A DNA stretch of 64,000 bases from an uncultured Gemmatimonadaceae bacterium (GCA_963740355.1 CAVUDW010000002.1:64001-128000); one strand, 5' to 3'; counted from the stretch's first letter, positions 29,027-39,692 are shown. Numbers and translations: made by a program. The notes: generated by a model not told the origin, from the letters alone.

Positions 29027-30828
29027 TGCGACGACTTCTGCGCACGACCGCTGCGGCGGCGCTGTTCCTGCCGTCACTTCTTTCGGCGCAGCGCGCCGCG
29101 CCACCGGTCTCCAGTGCGCGGGAGAGTCCGTGGGTGCGCTCGACTCTGGCGTCCATGACGCTCCGCCAGAAGGTGGGGCAGATGGTCTGGCCGAGTGTCT
29201 TTGGTGACTACGCGTCCTCCGGCGACTCGGCGTGGACGAGGCTTCGCAGCTGGATCGTGGATGATCAGGTCGGCGGCTTCACGATGTCGATCGGCAGCCC
29301 GATGGAAATTGCGGCGAAGCTGAATGCCATGCAGCGGATGGCCCGTGTGCCGTTGCTGGTGGGCGCGGACCTCGAGGCGGGGGCGGGATTTCGAGCAAGT
29401 GGTGGCTATTTCCTGCCGAACGCGATCGATCTCGGCGGGGCGACGCTGTTTCCGCCGCTGATGGCGCTGGGCGCTACGCGTGATACAGCGCTTGCATATG
29501 CATATGGACGTGCGACGGCGGTCGAGGGGCGCGCGCTTGGCATTCACATCGTGTACGGGCCGGTGCTGGATGTGAACAACAACGCGGCCAATCCCGTGAT
29601 CAACGTGCGCAGCTTCGGCGAAGACCCGATGTGGGTCAGTCGCCTCGGTGCGGCATTCGTGCGCGGTGTCCAGGACAATGGCATGATCGCCACCGGCAAA
29701 CATTTTCCGGGACATGGCGACACCGATGTGAACTCACATCTGGCGCTGCCAGTGGTGACGGCATCGCGGGCGCGGCTCGATTCAGTGGAGTTGCCGCCGT
29801 TTCGTGCGAGCATTGCTGCGGGTGTGGGCGCGATCATGACGTTTCACGGGAGCATGCCGGCGCTCGATTCAACGGGTGTGCCTGGCACACTGTCGCCCGC
29901 CGTGCTCACCGGACTGTTGCGTAAGGAGATGGGTTTTGGCGGCTTGATCATCTCCGACGCGATGGACATGCGCGGCGTCCTCGATCGCTATGGTGCGGTC
30001 GAGGCGGCGAAGCTGGCGGTCCTGGCGGGCGCTGACATCCTCATCCAGCCGGAGAATGTGGCGCAGACAATCGATGCGGTTGTGGCCGGGGTGACGGAGG
30101 GGCGGATTTCGCAGGCACGTATCGATGCGGCTGTCATGCGCATCCTTGCAGCCAAGGCACGGCTCGGCCTGCCGCGCGGTGCACAGGTCGACCTGGCCTC
30201 GGTTCGCGCGCTCGTCGGTGACACGACAAACCGACGTTTATCTGAGCGCATTGCCGCACGCGCATTGACGCTGGTGCGGGATTCGGCGCAGTTGTTGCCG
30301 CTGGCGACGACCGCGCCAATGGCGTCGCGGCGGATTTTGCATATCGTGGTAGCACGAAGCACGAACCTTGGTGCCGGAACGACATTTGCTTCGGCGCTGG
30401 GGCGGACGGCGGGACGAGTGCGGACGGTGGTGCTGCATCCGGATGATCCGTTTGTTGATCCGGCGCGCCTTTTGCCGCTGGTGGATTCATCGGACGTGGT
30501 GCTGATGGGCTCCTACCTTGCGCAGCAGTGGGATCAGGCGTCGGCAGGTGTGCCCGATGGGCTTGGTGCCCTAGTGAATGCAATTCAGGCCAAGGGCAAG
30601 CCACTGATTGTGATTGGCTTCGGAAACCCGTACCTTGGGTCGCAGTTGCCGCAGGTCGGATCGTATCTGATTGCGTGGAATGGCAGTCGGGCGTCGCAAC
30701 TGGCGGCGGCACGGGCGGTCTTGGGACAGCAGGTGTTCAATCGCTATATTCCGATAACGATGTCGAAATCTGGCGGATCGCCAGCGAGCGGCACCCCCCT
30801 CCGAACACCGGCAGCCACACCGCGCTGA
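29026..30828 (+). CDS. GH3 beta-N-acetylglucosaminidase
   Basis: PVLDVN, RSFGEDP, KHFPGHGDTDVNSH, SDAMDM. Confidence 0.92.
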   Translation: MRRLLRTTAAAALFLPSLLSAQRAAPPVSSARESPWVRSTLASMTLRQKVGQMVWPSVFGDYASSGDSAWTRLRSWIVDDQVGGFTMSIGSPMEIAAKLNAMQRMARVPLLVGADLEAGAGFRASGGYFLPNAIDLGGATLFPPLMALGATRDTALAYAYGRATAVEGRALGIHIVYGPVLDVNNNAANPVINVRSFGEDPMWVSRLGAAFVRGVQDNGMIATGKHFPGHGDTDVNSHLALPVVTASRARLDSVELPPFRASIAAGVGAIMTFHGSMPALDSTGVPGTLSPAVLTGLLRKEMGFGGLIISDAMDMRGVLDRYGAVEAAKLAVLAGADILIQPENVAQTIDAVVAGVTEGRISQARIDAAVMRILAAKARLGLPRGAQVDLASVRALVGDTTNRRLSERIAARALTLVRDSAQLLPLATTAPMASRRILHIVVARSTNLGAGTTFASALGRTAGRVRTVVLHPDDPFVDPARLLPLVDSSDVVLMGSYLAQQWDQASAGVPDGLGALVNAIQAKGKPLIVIGFGNPYLGSQLPQVGSYLIAWNGSRASQLAAARAVLGQQVFNRYIPITMSKSGGSPASGTPLRTPAATPR

Positions 30829-30888
30829 CTGCCAATCGACCGCTCACTCGGAGCGAGTTCGATCCCGGGCGCGAAGGACGATGTGGGA

Positions 30889-31539
30889 ATGCGCAATCTT
30901 TTCTCTCTGGATATGGTGCTGCTCTCGCCTCGTGACGGCGAGTGGTTCGTCTGCACCTCGGCTGGTGCCAAAGGCGCGCGTGCAGCGGCGCGGACACTGC
31001 CATTCATCGGCGTAACGAAGGCGCCGAATGAGGCGCTACCAACGTTGGCGAAGTCACTGGCCACCAAGACGGTGGGTGCGGCTCCTCGCTGGATGACGCA
31101 GGTTGGTGCGTTCTCAGAAGGCACACACCCAGCGGACACGCCGATCTCAATTGCGTTCGTGGCGGTGTACCCGGATGGGACGGTGCACGACGATGAAGGG
31201 TGGGTGCGGGCGGAGTCGGCGGTGTTGCCGCCACGCCAGAAGGCGTTGCTGAAGGCGACACTCGGCATGCTGAAGCATGCAGTGGAGCATGAGCCGATCG
31301 CGTTCCATGCGCTGCCGACGACGTTCACGCTGCGTGAACTGCAGCAGGTGTACGAACTGCTGCTGGAGCGTCCGTTGCACAAGGCGAGCTTCCGTCGGTC
31401 GCTGCATGCAGCGCACCTCGTGGAGCCGACGAAGGCATGGCGTGCGGAAGGCCGCGGCCGTCCGGCGCAGCTCTACAAGTTTGCACCGCGTCGTCGCCGT
31501 GGTGCGGTGCGCGGTGTGCGGTTCGAACTGGCGCGCTGA
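30889..31539 (+). CDS. NrtR-like regulator (degenerate Nudix domain plus winged helix)
   Basis: LPTTFTLRELQQVYE...KASFRR...GRPAQLY. Confidence 0.8.
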   Translation: MRNLFSLDMVLLSPRDGEWFVCTSAGAKGARAAARTLPFIGVTKAPNEALPTLAKSLATKTVGAAPRWMTQVGAFSEGTHPADTPISIAFVAVYPDGTVHDDEGWVRAESAVLPPRQKALLKATLGMLKHAVEHEPIAFHALPTTFTLRELQQVYELLLERPLHKASFRRSLHAAHLVEPTKAWRAEGRGRPAQLYKFAPRRRRGAVRGVRFELAR

Positions 31540-31580
31540 GGGTTTGGTCGCGGCGCACGCCGCGACCAGGTGGCGGGCAG

Positions 31581-31620
31581 CAAAACGGGCCGGTGATCTG
31601 ATGATCACCGGCCCGTTTTG
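31581..31620. terminator. Bidirectional intrinsic terminator
   Basis: caaaacgggccggtgatc/gatcaccggcccgttttg perfect stem with A/T ends between convergent genes. Confidence 0.85.
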
Positions 31621-31646
31621 TCATATATCAGAAGCTTAGTACCCGC

Positions 31647-31853
31647 TCAGACCTTGGTGACAGCGTCAGCCTGCGGACCCTTCTGCCCTTGGACAATCTC
31701 GAACTCGACTTTGTCGCCTTCAGCCAGGGATTTGAACCCCTGGGATTGGATCGCGCTGAAATGGACGAACACGTCCGGGCCACCCTCATGAGCGATGAAC
31801 CCAAAACCCTTTGCATCGTTAAACCACTTAACCGTTCCCTGAATCCGTGCCAT
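31647..31853 (-). CDS. Cold-shock protein (CspA family)
   Basis: [15 protein letters not shown]...DVFVHFSAI; 68 aa; GAGGAG RBS. Confidence 0.97.
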   Translation of the reverse strand: MARIQGTVKWFNDAKGFGFIAHEGGPDVFVHFSAIQSQGFKSLAEGDKVEFEIVQGQKGPQADAVTKV

Positions 31854-32067
31854 GATGTGGCTCCTCGCGTCCCGCCGGTCTTGCATTAAAGCGCGAGCGA
31901 CGAACCGTCCCTCGTGCAACGCGACGACACACCAGCGGTGAAGTGTCAGCGCGCGATCTCGCACAGAATCTCCGTGCATGAAACAGGCCGCGGCGTCGGG
32001 AAAAATCCCAGACGCCGCGGCCTCTCCAACATGTTTCAGTTGTCAGTGCCGATACATCGCAGCGGCG

Positions 32068-32280
32068 TCAGGCTGCGCCAGCGATATACCGTGCAACGCG
32101 CCCACAAGTTTCACATCGCAGCGTCACATGGCTGCGCGGTGGCGGTGGCATTAGAGCCGGTTCACGCTCGAACTGCGCTGACGCGCAAGACGGGCAGACC
32201 AGTGGAATTCCTGTACGATCGCTGGCGATGAGGTTCAGCGCTTGTGCAGGGTTGTACGACGCGGGCCGAGGCTTACGCAT
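32068..32280 (-). CDS. Small zinc-ribbon protein (70 aa)
   Basis: CPSC...CETC; GGAGG RBS before ATG 32280. Confidence 0.65.
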   Translation of the reverse strand: MRKPRPASYNPAQALNLIASDRTGIPLVCPSCASAQFEREPALMPPPPRSHVTLRCETCGRVARYIAGAA

Positions 32281-32950
32281 GTACCCTCCAAATTGTGGTC
32301 CCTTTGGCAGATCGGGCGCCCTGTGCCAATGGGCTATGGCAGAACAGTAACCACTGCCGGAAGGGGTAGAGAAGGGGGCTAATGTCTCAGAACGAGTCTG
32401 ATTCTTGATCGCGATGCCGCCTAACCTGGGCGGCAGTTCCGAGGCAGTGAGAGAATGCGGGCTTTGGCTCGGACTCACGTTCCGATTCGGTTGACCGCTA
32501 AATGCTGGGATAGTGGCGTGTCACTGCGATGTAACTGGCGATCACTGTCGAGTCTCGCAGTTCGTGCATTCCGAAACCTGCAAACGGCAAAGGCAAACGT
32601 GCAGGAACATGCGGTTGTCGGTAGTGAGAAAAACAGAAGCGTGAATGAGTCGGCGGTGTTACAAATCCAGCCGGTTATCAGTCCAAACGCTTCGTGCCAT
32701 TTTGGCGGTATCGGAAGGCCGCTGCCGAGCCCATTCAGGGCTGTTTCCGCGCAAAATTCGTCGCCGCAGCACCGGCAGGTGGCAGGTGAGCCGACTCAAC
32801 ACCCGCCGGCTTGGCGCCAGAATTGAGCGCACCGACGGGGCGACGGCCGAAAATCCGGGCCTTTTGGTGGACGCCGGCCCCAGGCACCGATAGCACCACT
32901 GACAGTGCACGCATGACGCCAGCGACCAAACACGGCGCCAGCAGGCGATC

Positions 32951-33955
32951 TCAGGCCTCGTCCCACCGGAACGGCCGCCGCCACAAGCGTCGGTCCAGCT
33001 GCCAGGACTTCCGCATCGAGACTTCGTCGCCCGGTGCGAACAACTCTGCATCAGCGAGCGCTTCCACGAACGAATCGGCCTTGGCGCTCGTCTCATCCGC
33101 CCAGTGCAGCAACTCCGCCTCGAGTGTCATCGGCTGCACAGGGCTTCCGAATTCGAGCGAGCCATGGTGGGACAGGATCATGTGCTGCAGCTCGGTGATC
33201 TGCACATCCGTGAGTGTGCATGTGCCGGCCACGCGCGCTGCCGCCACACGTTCGGTGAACATCAGGCAACCCAGCACCACATGGCCAATCAGGTGATTCC
33301 GTGGATCGTAGCCAAGGCCTTTGGCATCAACGGTATACGCCTCGACCTTGCCGATGTCATGCAGCAGCGCGCCGGTGATCACGAGATCGACGTTCGCCTT
33401 GCGCATCGTCTTCGCCATCTGTTGTCCGATCGACGCGACCTCGCACACATGCAGCAGCAATCCGCCAAGCTTCGCATGATGCCCGCGCACGGCGCCGGGC
33501 GTTCGCTCGAACTTCGTACGAAACGCATCATCGCCGAAGAACAGGTCCACCGCCTCCTTCAGGCGCGGTGTCGTGATGGAATTGCGAAGCTTGTCGAGCG
33601 CGTCCCAGAGGCGCTCGGTGACGTACTCGACGCGCGGCAGGAATTCATCGATGCGTTCCGTGCCCACGGGCACCACACGCACGGGGCCGGTCAGCTTCAA
33701 CTGGCGAGAGCCCGTCTTGGCGTAGACCTCGATCTGGCCAAGCACCTGCACCACCCGTCCCTTCTCCACCCCGTCGACCCAGCTGGCGTTGTCCTTCCAG
33801 ATCGGCGCCGACTGTACCGTGCCGCTCGCATTGCCCAGCGTGAGCACCCAGAACGGATCCCCCGCGCCCGTGGTGCGTTCGACACGCTCGAGGACCAGGA
33901 GTTCAGCGGAGACGGCGGCGCCGGCAGCGAGCTGCGGCAGCATCAGAGGCGGCAT
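32951..33955 (-). CDS. YhaM/Cbf1-family 3'-5' exoribonuclease (OB plus HD)
   Basis: HHAKLGGLLLH, LLHDIGK, GHV, HMILSHHG..EFGSPVQPMTLEA. Confidence 0.88.
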   Translation of the reverse strand: MPPLMLPQLAAGAAVSAELLVLERVERTTGAGDPFWVLTLGNASGTVQSAPIWKDNASWVDGVEKGRVVQVLGQIEVYAKTGSRQLKLTGPVRVVPVGTERIDEFLPRVEYVTERLWDALDKLRNSITTPRLKEAVDLFFGDDAFRTKFERTPGAVRGHHAKLGGLLLHVCEVASIGQQMAKTMRKANVDLVITGALLHDIGKVEAYTVDAKGLGYDPRNHLIGHVVLGCLMFTERVAAARVAGTCTLTDVQITELQHMILSHHGSLEFGSPVQPMTLEAELLHWADETSAKADSFVEALADAELFAPGDEVSMRKSWQLDRRLWRRPFRWDEA

Positions 33956-34107
33956 GGATCAGCGAGGCGAATCGAGAGAAGGCGCAGCAGCAAACAGGAG
34001 ACGAAGATGATGACGAGGCTCAAGCCCTGTCGAGGCGGCGCAACCTGCGTATCATCGTTCCAGTGCTCCGCCCGACCCGAACAAGCTGTCCCACCGTCCT
34101 GACACCG

Positions 34108-34392
34108 ATGAAGCGCTACCGCAATCTGATCATCACCGTGCTGCTGCTTGCCGGCATGGCAACGCTGTTCTGGAAGAAGACGATGTCCGCCCAGCTCGCC
34201 ACCTGCGAAGTGTGCGTGGTCTTCAACGGCCAGAAGCAGTGCTCGAAGGCGAGTGGATCGTCGGCGCAGGAAGCAACGCGCACGGCGCACTCGACGGCGT
34301 GTGGGCCGATCTCGAATGGCATGAATGAGAAGATCGCGTGCGACAGCCGCCCGCCCGAGACCCAGCGCTGTGATTCGCCGCCGGCGCCGTGA
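34108..34392 (+). CDS. Small secreted or membrane-anchored Cys-rich protein
   Basis: Hydrophobic N-terminus; CEVC plus four further Cys. Confidence 0.7.
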   Translation: MKRYRNLIITVLLLAGMATLFWKKTMSAQLATCEVCVVFNGQKQCSKASGSSAQEATRTAHSTACGPISNGMNEKIACDSRPPETQRCDSPPAP

Positions 34393-34407
34393 TCACCAGC
34401 GCCGTGA

Positions 34408-34626
34408 TCAATTGAAGAAAAGCACGTCTCCGTCGCTCTCCAGCGCCAACTGCAGGTGTGCGGCGCAGACCCCGCACACCATCTCGGCAATCCAGGCCGC
34501 GCCAGCGATGTGATCGCTGGCGTCGGCGGCGCGCAGCTTCAACTTCTTGTACGTGTATTCGCTGCAACGGGGACAGGCCTGAGCGCGTGCAATGCGTTCC
34601 GCGCGCTCCTTCGTGACAATCGTCAT
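34408..34626 (-). CDS. Small zinc-ribbon protein (72 aa)
   Basis: CPRC...CGVC; starts 1 nt after the SPFH stop. Confidence 0.7.
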   Translation of the reverse strand: MTIVTKERAERIARAQACPRCSEYTYKKLKLRAADASDHIAGAAWIAEMVCGVCAAHLQLALESDGDVLFFN

Positions 34627-34627
34627 G

Positions 34628-35683
34628 TCAGCTGCCGAACCCCGGCGGGAAGTCGCTCGGCAAGCGTGGAGCAGACGGCGGCGACGAGCGCGGCGGCTCG
34701 ACGTTCGTGCCACCACTGGTGCGGTTGAGCAACTCACGAATGCCACCCAGTGCACCCATCATTCCCGCGGCCTCCGCCGGGAGGAAGACCGTGCTGCCCT
34801 TGCTCGCTGCGAGGGCCGGCAACATCTCGAGATACTTCTGTCCCAGCAGGTACATCGCCACCTGACCGTCCGGCAATGCCGCGGCGATGCGCTTGATCGC
34901 CTCGGCCTCGGCCGACGCCATCGCGAGACGCGCCTCGGCGAGGCCCGAAGCGCGAAGGATCGAGGCTTCGCGCTCGCCCTGCGCCTTCTGGATCTGTGAC
35001 TCCCGTGAGCCTTCCGACTCGAGAATCTGCGCCCGCTTGGTGGCCTCGGCATTCGTGACCGAGGCACGGCGCTCGCGCTCGGCGCGCATCTGCAATTCCA
35101 TCGACTGCTGAATGTCGCGCGGCGGTTCGATGCTCTGCAGCTCGACGCGTGTGACGTCGACACCCCATCCGATCGACGCTTCCTCGATCGTCTCACGCAT
35201 GCGGGTGTTGATGCCGTCGCGACTGGTGAGTGTGGTGTCGAGCTCCATTTCACCCACGATGTTGCGCAACGCGGTGCGTGTCAGCGTCTCGAGTGCAAAG
35301 GGAAGGTTCTGGACCGAGTACGTCGCCTTCTGCGGATCGGCGACGCGATAGTACATGACGGCATCGATATCGATGGTCACGTTGTCCTTCGTGATGACCG
35401 GCTGGCTGGGAAAGTTCAGCACCTGCTCACGCAGGTCGATCCGCGACGTGGAGCCACTGGTGACCTTCTTCACGCCCGAGACATCCTGCCCGAAGAAACG
35501 CACGTCGATGGTGCGTGGGCGCTCGATGAATGGGATCAGGACGTTGAAGCCGGACCGTGCAATGCGGTTGAAGCGCCCGAGCCGCTCGATGACCATCACT
35601 TCGGCCTGGCCGATGATCTTGAAGGAGCTGGTGCCGATGAAGAGCACGATCAGCACGATGATCAGAGGGAGGAGCCACGCCAT
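34628..35683 (-). CDS. SPFH/band-7 (stomatin-like) membrane protein
   Basis: TM anchor, IERLGRF, QPVITKDNV, QMRAERERRA. Confidence 0.93.
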   Translation of the reverse strand: MAWLLPLIIVLIVLFIGTSSFKIIGQAEVMVIERLGRFNRIARSGFNVLIPFIERPRTIDVRFFGQDVSGVKKVTSGSTSRIDLREQVLNFPSQPVITKDNVTIDIDAVMYYRVADPQKATYSVQNLPFALETLTRTALRNIVGEMELDTTLTSRDGINTRMRETIEEASIGWGVDVTRVELQSIEPPRDIQQSMELQMRAERERRASVTNAEATKRAQILESEGSRESQIQKAQGEREASILRASGLAEARLAMASAEAEAIKRIAAALPDGQVAMYLLGQKYLEMLPALAASKGSTVFLPAEAAGMMGALGGIRELLNRTSGGTNVEPPRSSPPSAPRLPSDFPPGFGS

Positions 35684-35757
35684 TGCAGAGTCCTGAGGTT
35701 GGAGTAGGAGACTCCTGAAAGATGGCAGCCCCGCACAGCCTGCGGGGGGAATGGCGA

Positions 35758-35798
35758 ATGGGGTCGGCGCTCCGGTGCTCCGGAACGCCGACCCCATC
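35758..35798. terminator. GC-rich hairpin downstream of the TolB-like gene
   Basis: atggggtcggcg/cgccgaccccat inverted repeat. Confidence 0.5.
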
Positions 35799-35825
35799 TC
35801 AGCCGGACGAACTCATCCGTATTGG

Positions 35826-36914
35826 CTACTGCACCCAGTCGGCGATGAACAGGTTCGTTTCGGTCTGCTTCTGGTCGAAGCGATTCGAGGCCCAGATCAG
35901 CTGCTTGCCATCGGGGCTGAACATCGGGAAGCCGTCGAAGACGCCGTTGGTCGTGACCTGCTCGAGGTTCGAACCATCGAGGTTGACGAGGAACAGGTCG
36001 AAGTTGCCGCTACGTGGATTCTTGTGGTTCGACGCGAAGATGATGCGCTTGCCGTCTGGCGTCCACGACGGACCGAAGTTGGCGCCGCCGAGATGGGTGA
36101 TCTGGCGATTGTCGCTGCCATCGGCGTTCATCACGAACAGTTCGACCTTGCTGGGGCGGATCAGGCCCTGCGCGAGGAGTTCGTGGTACTGCCGCACTTC
36201 CGTCGAGTCCTTCGGATGATGCGCGCGGTACACGATCTTCGTGCCATCGGGTGACCACCAGGCGCCGCCGTCATAGCCTTCGGTATTGGTCAGGCGCTTC
36301 ACGTCCGAGCCATCGACATTCATGGTGTAGATGTCGAGGTCTCCGTCCTTGAGCGACGTGAAGACGATGCGCTTGCCATTGGGCGACAGCACACCTTCCG
36401 CCGTGTAGACGTTGTAGTTCGTGAGGCGACGGAGGTCCGACCCGTCACGCTTGGCGGTGAAGATGTCGAACTTGTCGAGCGGCCAGACGTAGCCCTTCGA
36501 GGGATCAGGCTTGGGCGGGCAGGTGCTGTCATGCATGTGGCTCGACCCGAAGAACACGCGGTCGCTGCCCGGGATGAACCACCCGCAGGTGGTCTTGCCG
36601 TTGCCGTTGGAGATGCGACGGAGGTCGGTGCCGTCGGCGCGCATCACGTACTGCTGGTCACAGGTCCGGCCATTCCGCGAGGACTGGAAGGTGATCCACT
36701 TTCCGTCCTGGCTGAAATACGCCTCGGCATTTTCGCCACCGTCGGTGATCTGGCGGATGTTCGCGAGATGCGGCTCGGTGGGATCGGCGGGGCGCGCGAT
36801 GTTGACGCCCGGAGCTGGTGCCGGCGCGCTGCCGGGCGTAGCGGAGGTGCAGGCGGCTGCTGTGATCAGCAGCGCGGCGATGGTGGCAGGCAGGATGGTG
36901 CGGGCGGTCGTCAT
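35826..36914 (-). CDS. TolB-like PD40 beta-propeller lipoprotein
   Basis: Lipobox TAAAC; repeated (W/F)SPDGK..I.F motifs. Confidence 0.88.
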   Translation of the reverse strand: MTTARTILPATIAALLITAAACTSATPGSAPAPAPGVNIARPADPTEPHLANIRQITDGGENAEAYFSQDGKWITFQSSRNGRTCDQQYVMRADGTDLRRISNGNGKTTCGWFIPGSDRVFFGSSHMHDSTCPPKPDPSKGYVWPLDKFDIFTAKRDGSDLRRLTNYNVYTAEGVLSPNGKRIVFTSLKDGDLDIYTMNVDGSDVKRLTNTEGYDGGAWWSPDGTKIVYRAHHPKDSTEVRQYHELLAQGLIRPSKVELFVMNADGSDNRQITHLGGANFGPSWTPDGKRIIFASNHKNPRSGNFDLFLVNLDGSNLEQVTTNGVFDGFPMFSPDGKQLIWASNRFDQKQTETNLFIADWVQ

Positions 36915-36952
36915 GACGAGCGTCGATGAGAAATTGCGGGGCCGAAAAACAG

Positions 36953-36985
36953 TCGAGGGGCCGGACGTGATGTCCGGCCCCTCGA
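36953..36985 (-). terminator. Intrinsic terminator after the S41 peptidase gene
   Basis: tcgaggggccggac/gtccggcccctcga stem followed on the minus strand by ctgttttt. Confidence 0.7.
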
Positions 36986-37026
36986 GCAAAGTTATTCGTC
37001 CCGGCGAGACGCGCCGGTCCGTGTAA

Positions 37027-38637
37027 CTACGGACGGCGTGCGGAGGCGCCCGGTGCCGGGGCGGTGGCCGCGGCGATGCTGAGCAGATCCCGCTGCGTTC
37101 CACCGCGGCGGAGCAGTTCGAGGGCCTTCTTCATCTGTGGATCCTCGGCGAACTGTCGCTTGGCGACGGTCGAGTCGCCGAACGCGGCCTGCGCGACGCG
37201 GTTCGCGATCAGGCGATCGAAGTAGGCCGGGGCGGCGAAGTAGGTGGCCGAGTCGATCGGGACCTTGGCTGCCGTAATGCGCTTGAAGTACTCGCTGCGC
37301 CACGCCGGCGGCACGGTGAAGTTCGGCGTCTTGACCTGTGGACGCAGTTCTTCCGCGTACTGTGACAGCAATGAATACGCCTCCTGCACCTTCGCGCCGA
37401 GCATGCGCGCGGCCTTCTGTTCGAGCGTCGTGAGGGTGTCCGGACGGACTGTGATGTCAGGCGTGATACCGCCGCCACCGTAGATCACGCGGCCGGCATC
37501 GCTGCGGAACGCCGGGCGCGCCTTGCGTGCGCTGTCGGTTTCCATCGAGTCCGGCGCTTCTTCCTCAACGAACCGACCGTTGACGTACTTGCGCGGACGC
37601 TGAATGGAACGGCCGCTCGGCGTGAACCACTTGGCGGTCGTCATCTTCAGTGCGTAGCCGCCATCGAGACGGAAGAGCGACTGCACCAGGCCCTTGCCGA
37701 AGCTGGTGGTGCCGACGATCAGTGCGCGATCGTGATCCTGCAATGCGCCGGCAACGATCTCGGATGCTGACGCCGAACCGTCGTCGACGAGGACGACCAT
37801 CGGCATGTTCGGCAGCATCGGATCTTCCTGCGCGATGAACTGCTGGTTCATGTCGGCGCGCCCACGGTAGGTGAGAATCTCCTTGCCCTTGGGCAGGAAG
37901 AGATTGCTCATCACGAAGGCCTCGTCGAGGATGCCACCCGGGTTGTCGCGGAGGTCGATGATCAACGACTTCATCCCTTCGCGCTGCAGCTGCTGGATGC
38001 CGCGAATGGTTTCCGACGACGACGTTTCGTTGAAGCCCTGCACCGGGATGTAACCCACACCACCATCCAGCATGGTGACGAACGGCACGGCCGGAATGTG
38101 GATCGTGGCGCGAACGAAGGTCGCGTTGATCGGATCGGTGACACCGGGGCGATTGAATCGCACACGGACACGCGTGCCTGGATCACCCTTCAGCTTGGAC
38201 GACACGGAGTCGACGATCCAGCCGCGAGTCGACGCCGAGTCGATCATGATGATGCGATCGCCGGACGCGATACCGGCACCGGCAGCGGGGGTATTCGGGA
38301 AGACCTTCACGACCGTGATGGCACCCTTGATGTCCTGGATCTGCATGCCGACGCCAGCATACCGACCGTTGGTGCCCTGCGTGAACGCCGCGAATTCCTT
38401 CGGCGTGTAGAGTGTCGTATATGGATCGTTGAGCTGCGCGATGAGACCGCGCGCTGCCTTCTCGTAGAGCGCTGTCGCGTCCACGGTGTCGACGAATCGT
38501 TCCGAGACACGTCGCAACACTTGATCGAACAGCATGGCGCCGTCTCGCGCCTCACGATTTTGCCAGACGAAGCCGCCGGCAACGAGAGGGACAGCGATGA
38601 GGATGGCGCCCACAACGGCGCGACGCGTACTCGACAT
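37027..38637 (-). CDS. Carboxy-terminal processing protease (S41A, PDZ)
   Basis: DLRDNPGG, SASASEI, GKGLVQ, TPSGRSIQ. Confidence 0.93.
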   Translation of the reverse strand: MSSTRRAVVGAILIAVPLVAGGFVWQNREARDGAMLFDQVLRRVSERFVDTVDATALYEKAARGLIAQLNDPYTTLYTPKEFAAFTQGTNGRYAGVGMQIQDIKGAITVVKVFPNTPAAGAGIASGDRIIMIDSASTRGWIVDSVSSKLKGDPGTRVRVRFNRPGVTDPINATFVRATIHIPAVPFVTMLDGGVGYIPVQGFNETSSSETIRGIQQLQREGMKSLIIDLRDNPGGILDEAFVMSNLFLPKGKEILTYRGRADMNQQFIAQEDPMLPNMPMVVLVDDGSASASEIVAGALQDHDRALIVGTTSFGKGLVQSLFRLDGGYALKMTTAKWFTPSGRSIQRPRKYVNGRFVEEEAPDSMETDSARKARPAFRSDAGRVIYGGGGITPDITVRPDTLTTLEQKAARMLGAKVQEAYSLLSQYAEELRPQVKTPNFTVPPAWRSEYFKRITAAKVPIDSATYFAAPAYFDRLIANRVAQAAFGDSTVAKRQFAEDPQMKKALELLRRGGTQRDLLSIAAATAPAPGASARRP

Positions 38638-38761
38638 GAACACCTTCCAGCAGGAAAAGGACAGTCGGTCGGGATCGTCCAACCGGCTACTGTACCGGAA
38701 CGTACCCTGCAAGTTCCGGAGCCCCAAGCGGTCAAGCTCTACGCGCCGGCACCTGCTTTCG

Positions 38762-39691
38762 TCACGTCCAGCGATACTCCATGTACCACGAGCGCCCGTC
38801 CTGCGATTCCTCGGCAGCGTGGACGATGCCTGCCGCGACAAGCATTTCACTGGCGGGCTTGACCACGCGCAGGATATGGCTGGGATAACGCTGCGTGAGT
38901 GGAAGCAACTCCGCCAGCGTTTCGAGCGAGACACGCCAGCGACCGTCGGCCCCTGCGGCAAGCTGGACTGCGATCAGGCGATAGATCCGTCGCGCGACCG
39001 GCGACAGCAATGATGAGTAGCCACCAAGACGGAGGGACGTGACATGTCCGGCGTCGAGGTTGCTGCGCACCTGCGGTGCGAGCGTCACGCGTGCGACGCC
39101 AGGTTCGGCGGCGGTGACGCTGGGAAAGAGCGAGAGCTGATCGCGGTCGGCGGCGCGACGTCGATCAACGGTGGCGGCGCTGAGGAGCGTGAAGGCGCCT
39201 TCGAGCGGCTTGCTGTTGGTGGCGTCCCAGTAGGCGCCCGCACTCTCGAGCGTCGTGCGTTCGAGGCGTGCGAGTGCGCCGCGCAGCTGTTCGTAGGTGC
39301 GCCCGTCGACACGTCGACCCATGGCGCGCAGAAAGGCGTGGAGCGTGAAGGTGAGGACACCATCGGCCGGTCGACCTGACTCCTGATAGCGATACAGCAG
39401 TTCGATGTAGACGTCCTGATCGAAGGTGCCGGGCAGGCGGTCACCTGGGGCGGGCAACACACGCCAACGGCCGCCGCTGGGGGTGGTGAAGGCGATGGCC
39501 CCTTCTTCGTTCGAGTCGCTGAGCCGAAACAGCGGCAGGGCCTCGAGGGCGCGATCGAGATAGACGAGCCGACTGGCGGCGCGCCGCTTGCTGGCTGCGC
39601 CACCACCGCTGGAGAGATCTCCGCCGCGCGCGAGCGCCGCTGCATTGAGCGGTGCCGAGCCAGCTGACAAATGCTCTGCCGGAGTCAGCAC
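38762..39691 (-). CDS. Plasmid replication initiator protein A-like (RPA/winged-helix) protein
   Basis: LEALPLFRLS...PGTFDQDVYI...FTLHAFLRAMGR..DGRTYEQLRGALARL..TTL...ARRIYRLI matches the RepA (PF10134-type) pattern as recalled. Confidence 0.68.
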   Translation of the reverse strand: MLTPAEHLSAGSAPLNAAALARGGDLSSGGGAASKRRAASRLVYLDRALEALPLFRLSDSNEEGAIAFTTPSGGRWRVLPAPGDRLPGTFDQDVYIELLYRYQESGRPADGVLTFTLHAFLRAMGRRVDGRTYEQLRGALARLERTTLESAGAYWDATNSKPLEGAFTLLSAATVDRRRAADRDQLSLFPSVTAAEPGVARVTLAPQVRSNLDAGHVTSLRLGGYSSLLSPVARRIYRLIAVQLAAGADGRWRVSLETLAELLPLTQRYPSHILRVVKPASEMLVAAGIVHAAEESQDGRSWYMEYRWT

Positions 39692-39692
39692 A

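Noticed and set aside
32068..34626. LysW carrier proteins for an argBCD/LysW-type pathway
   Set aside because: The zinc-ribbon proteins lack the C-terminal EDWGE motif, and no lysX/argX is present
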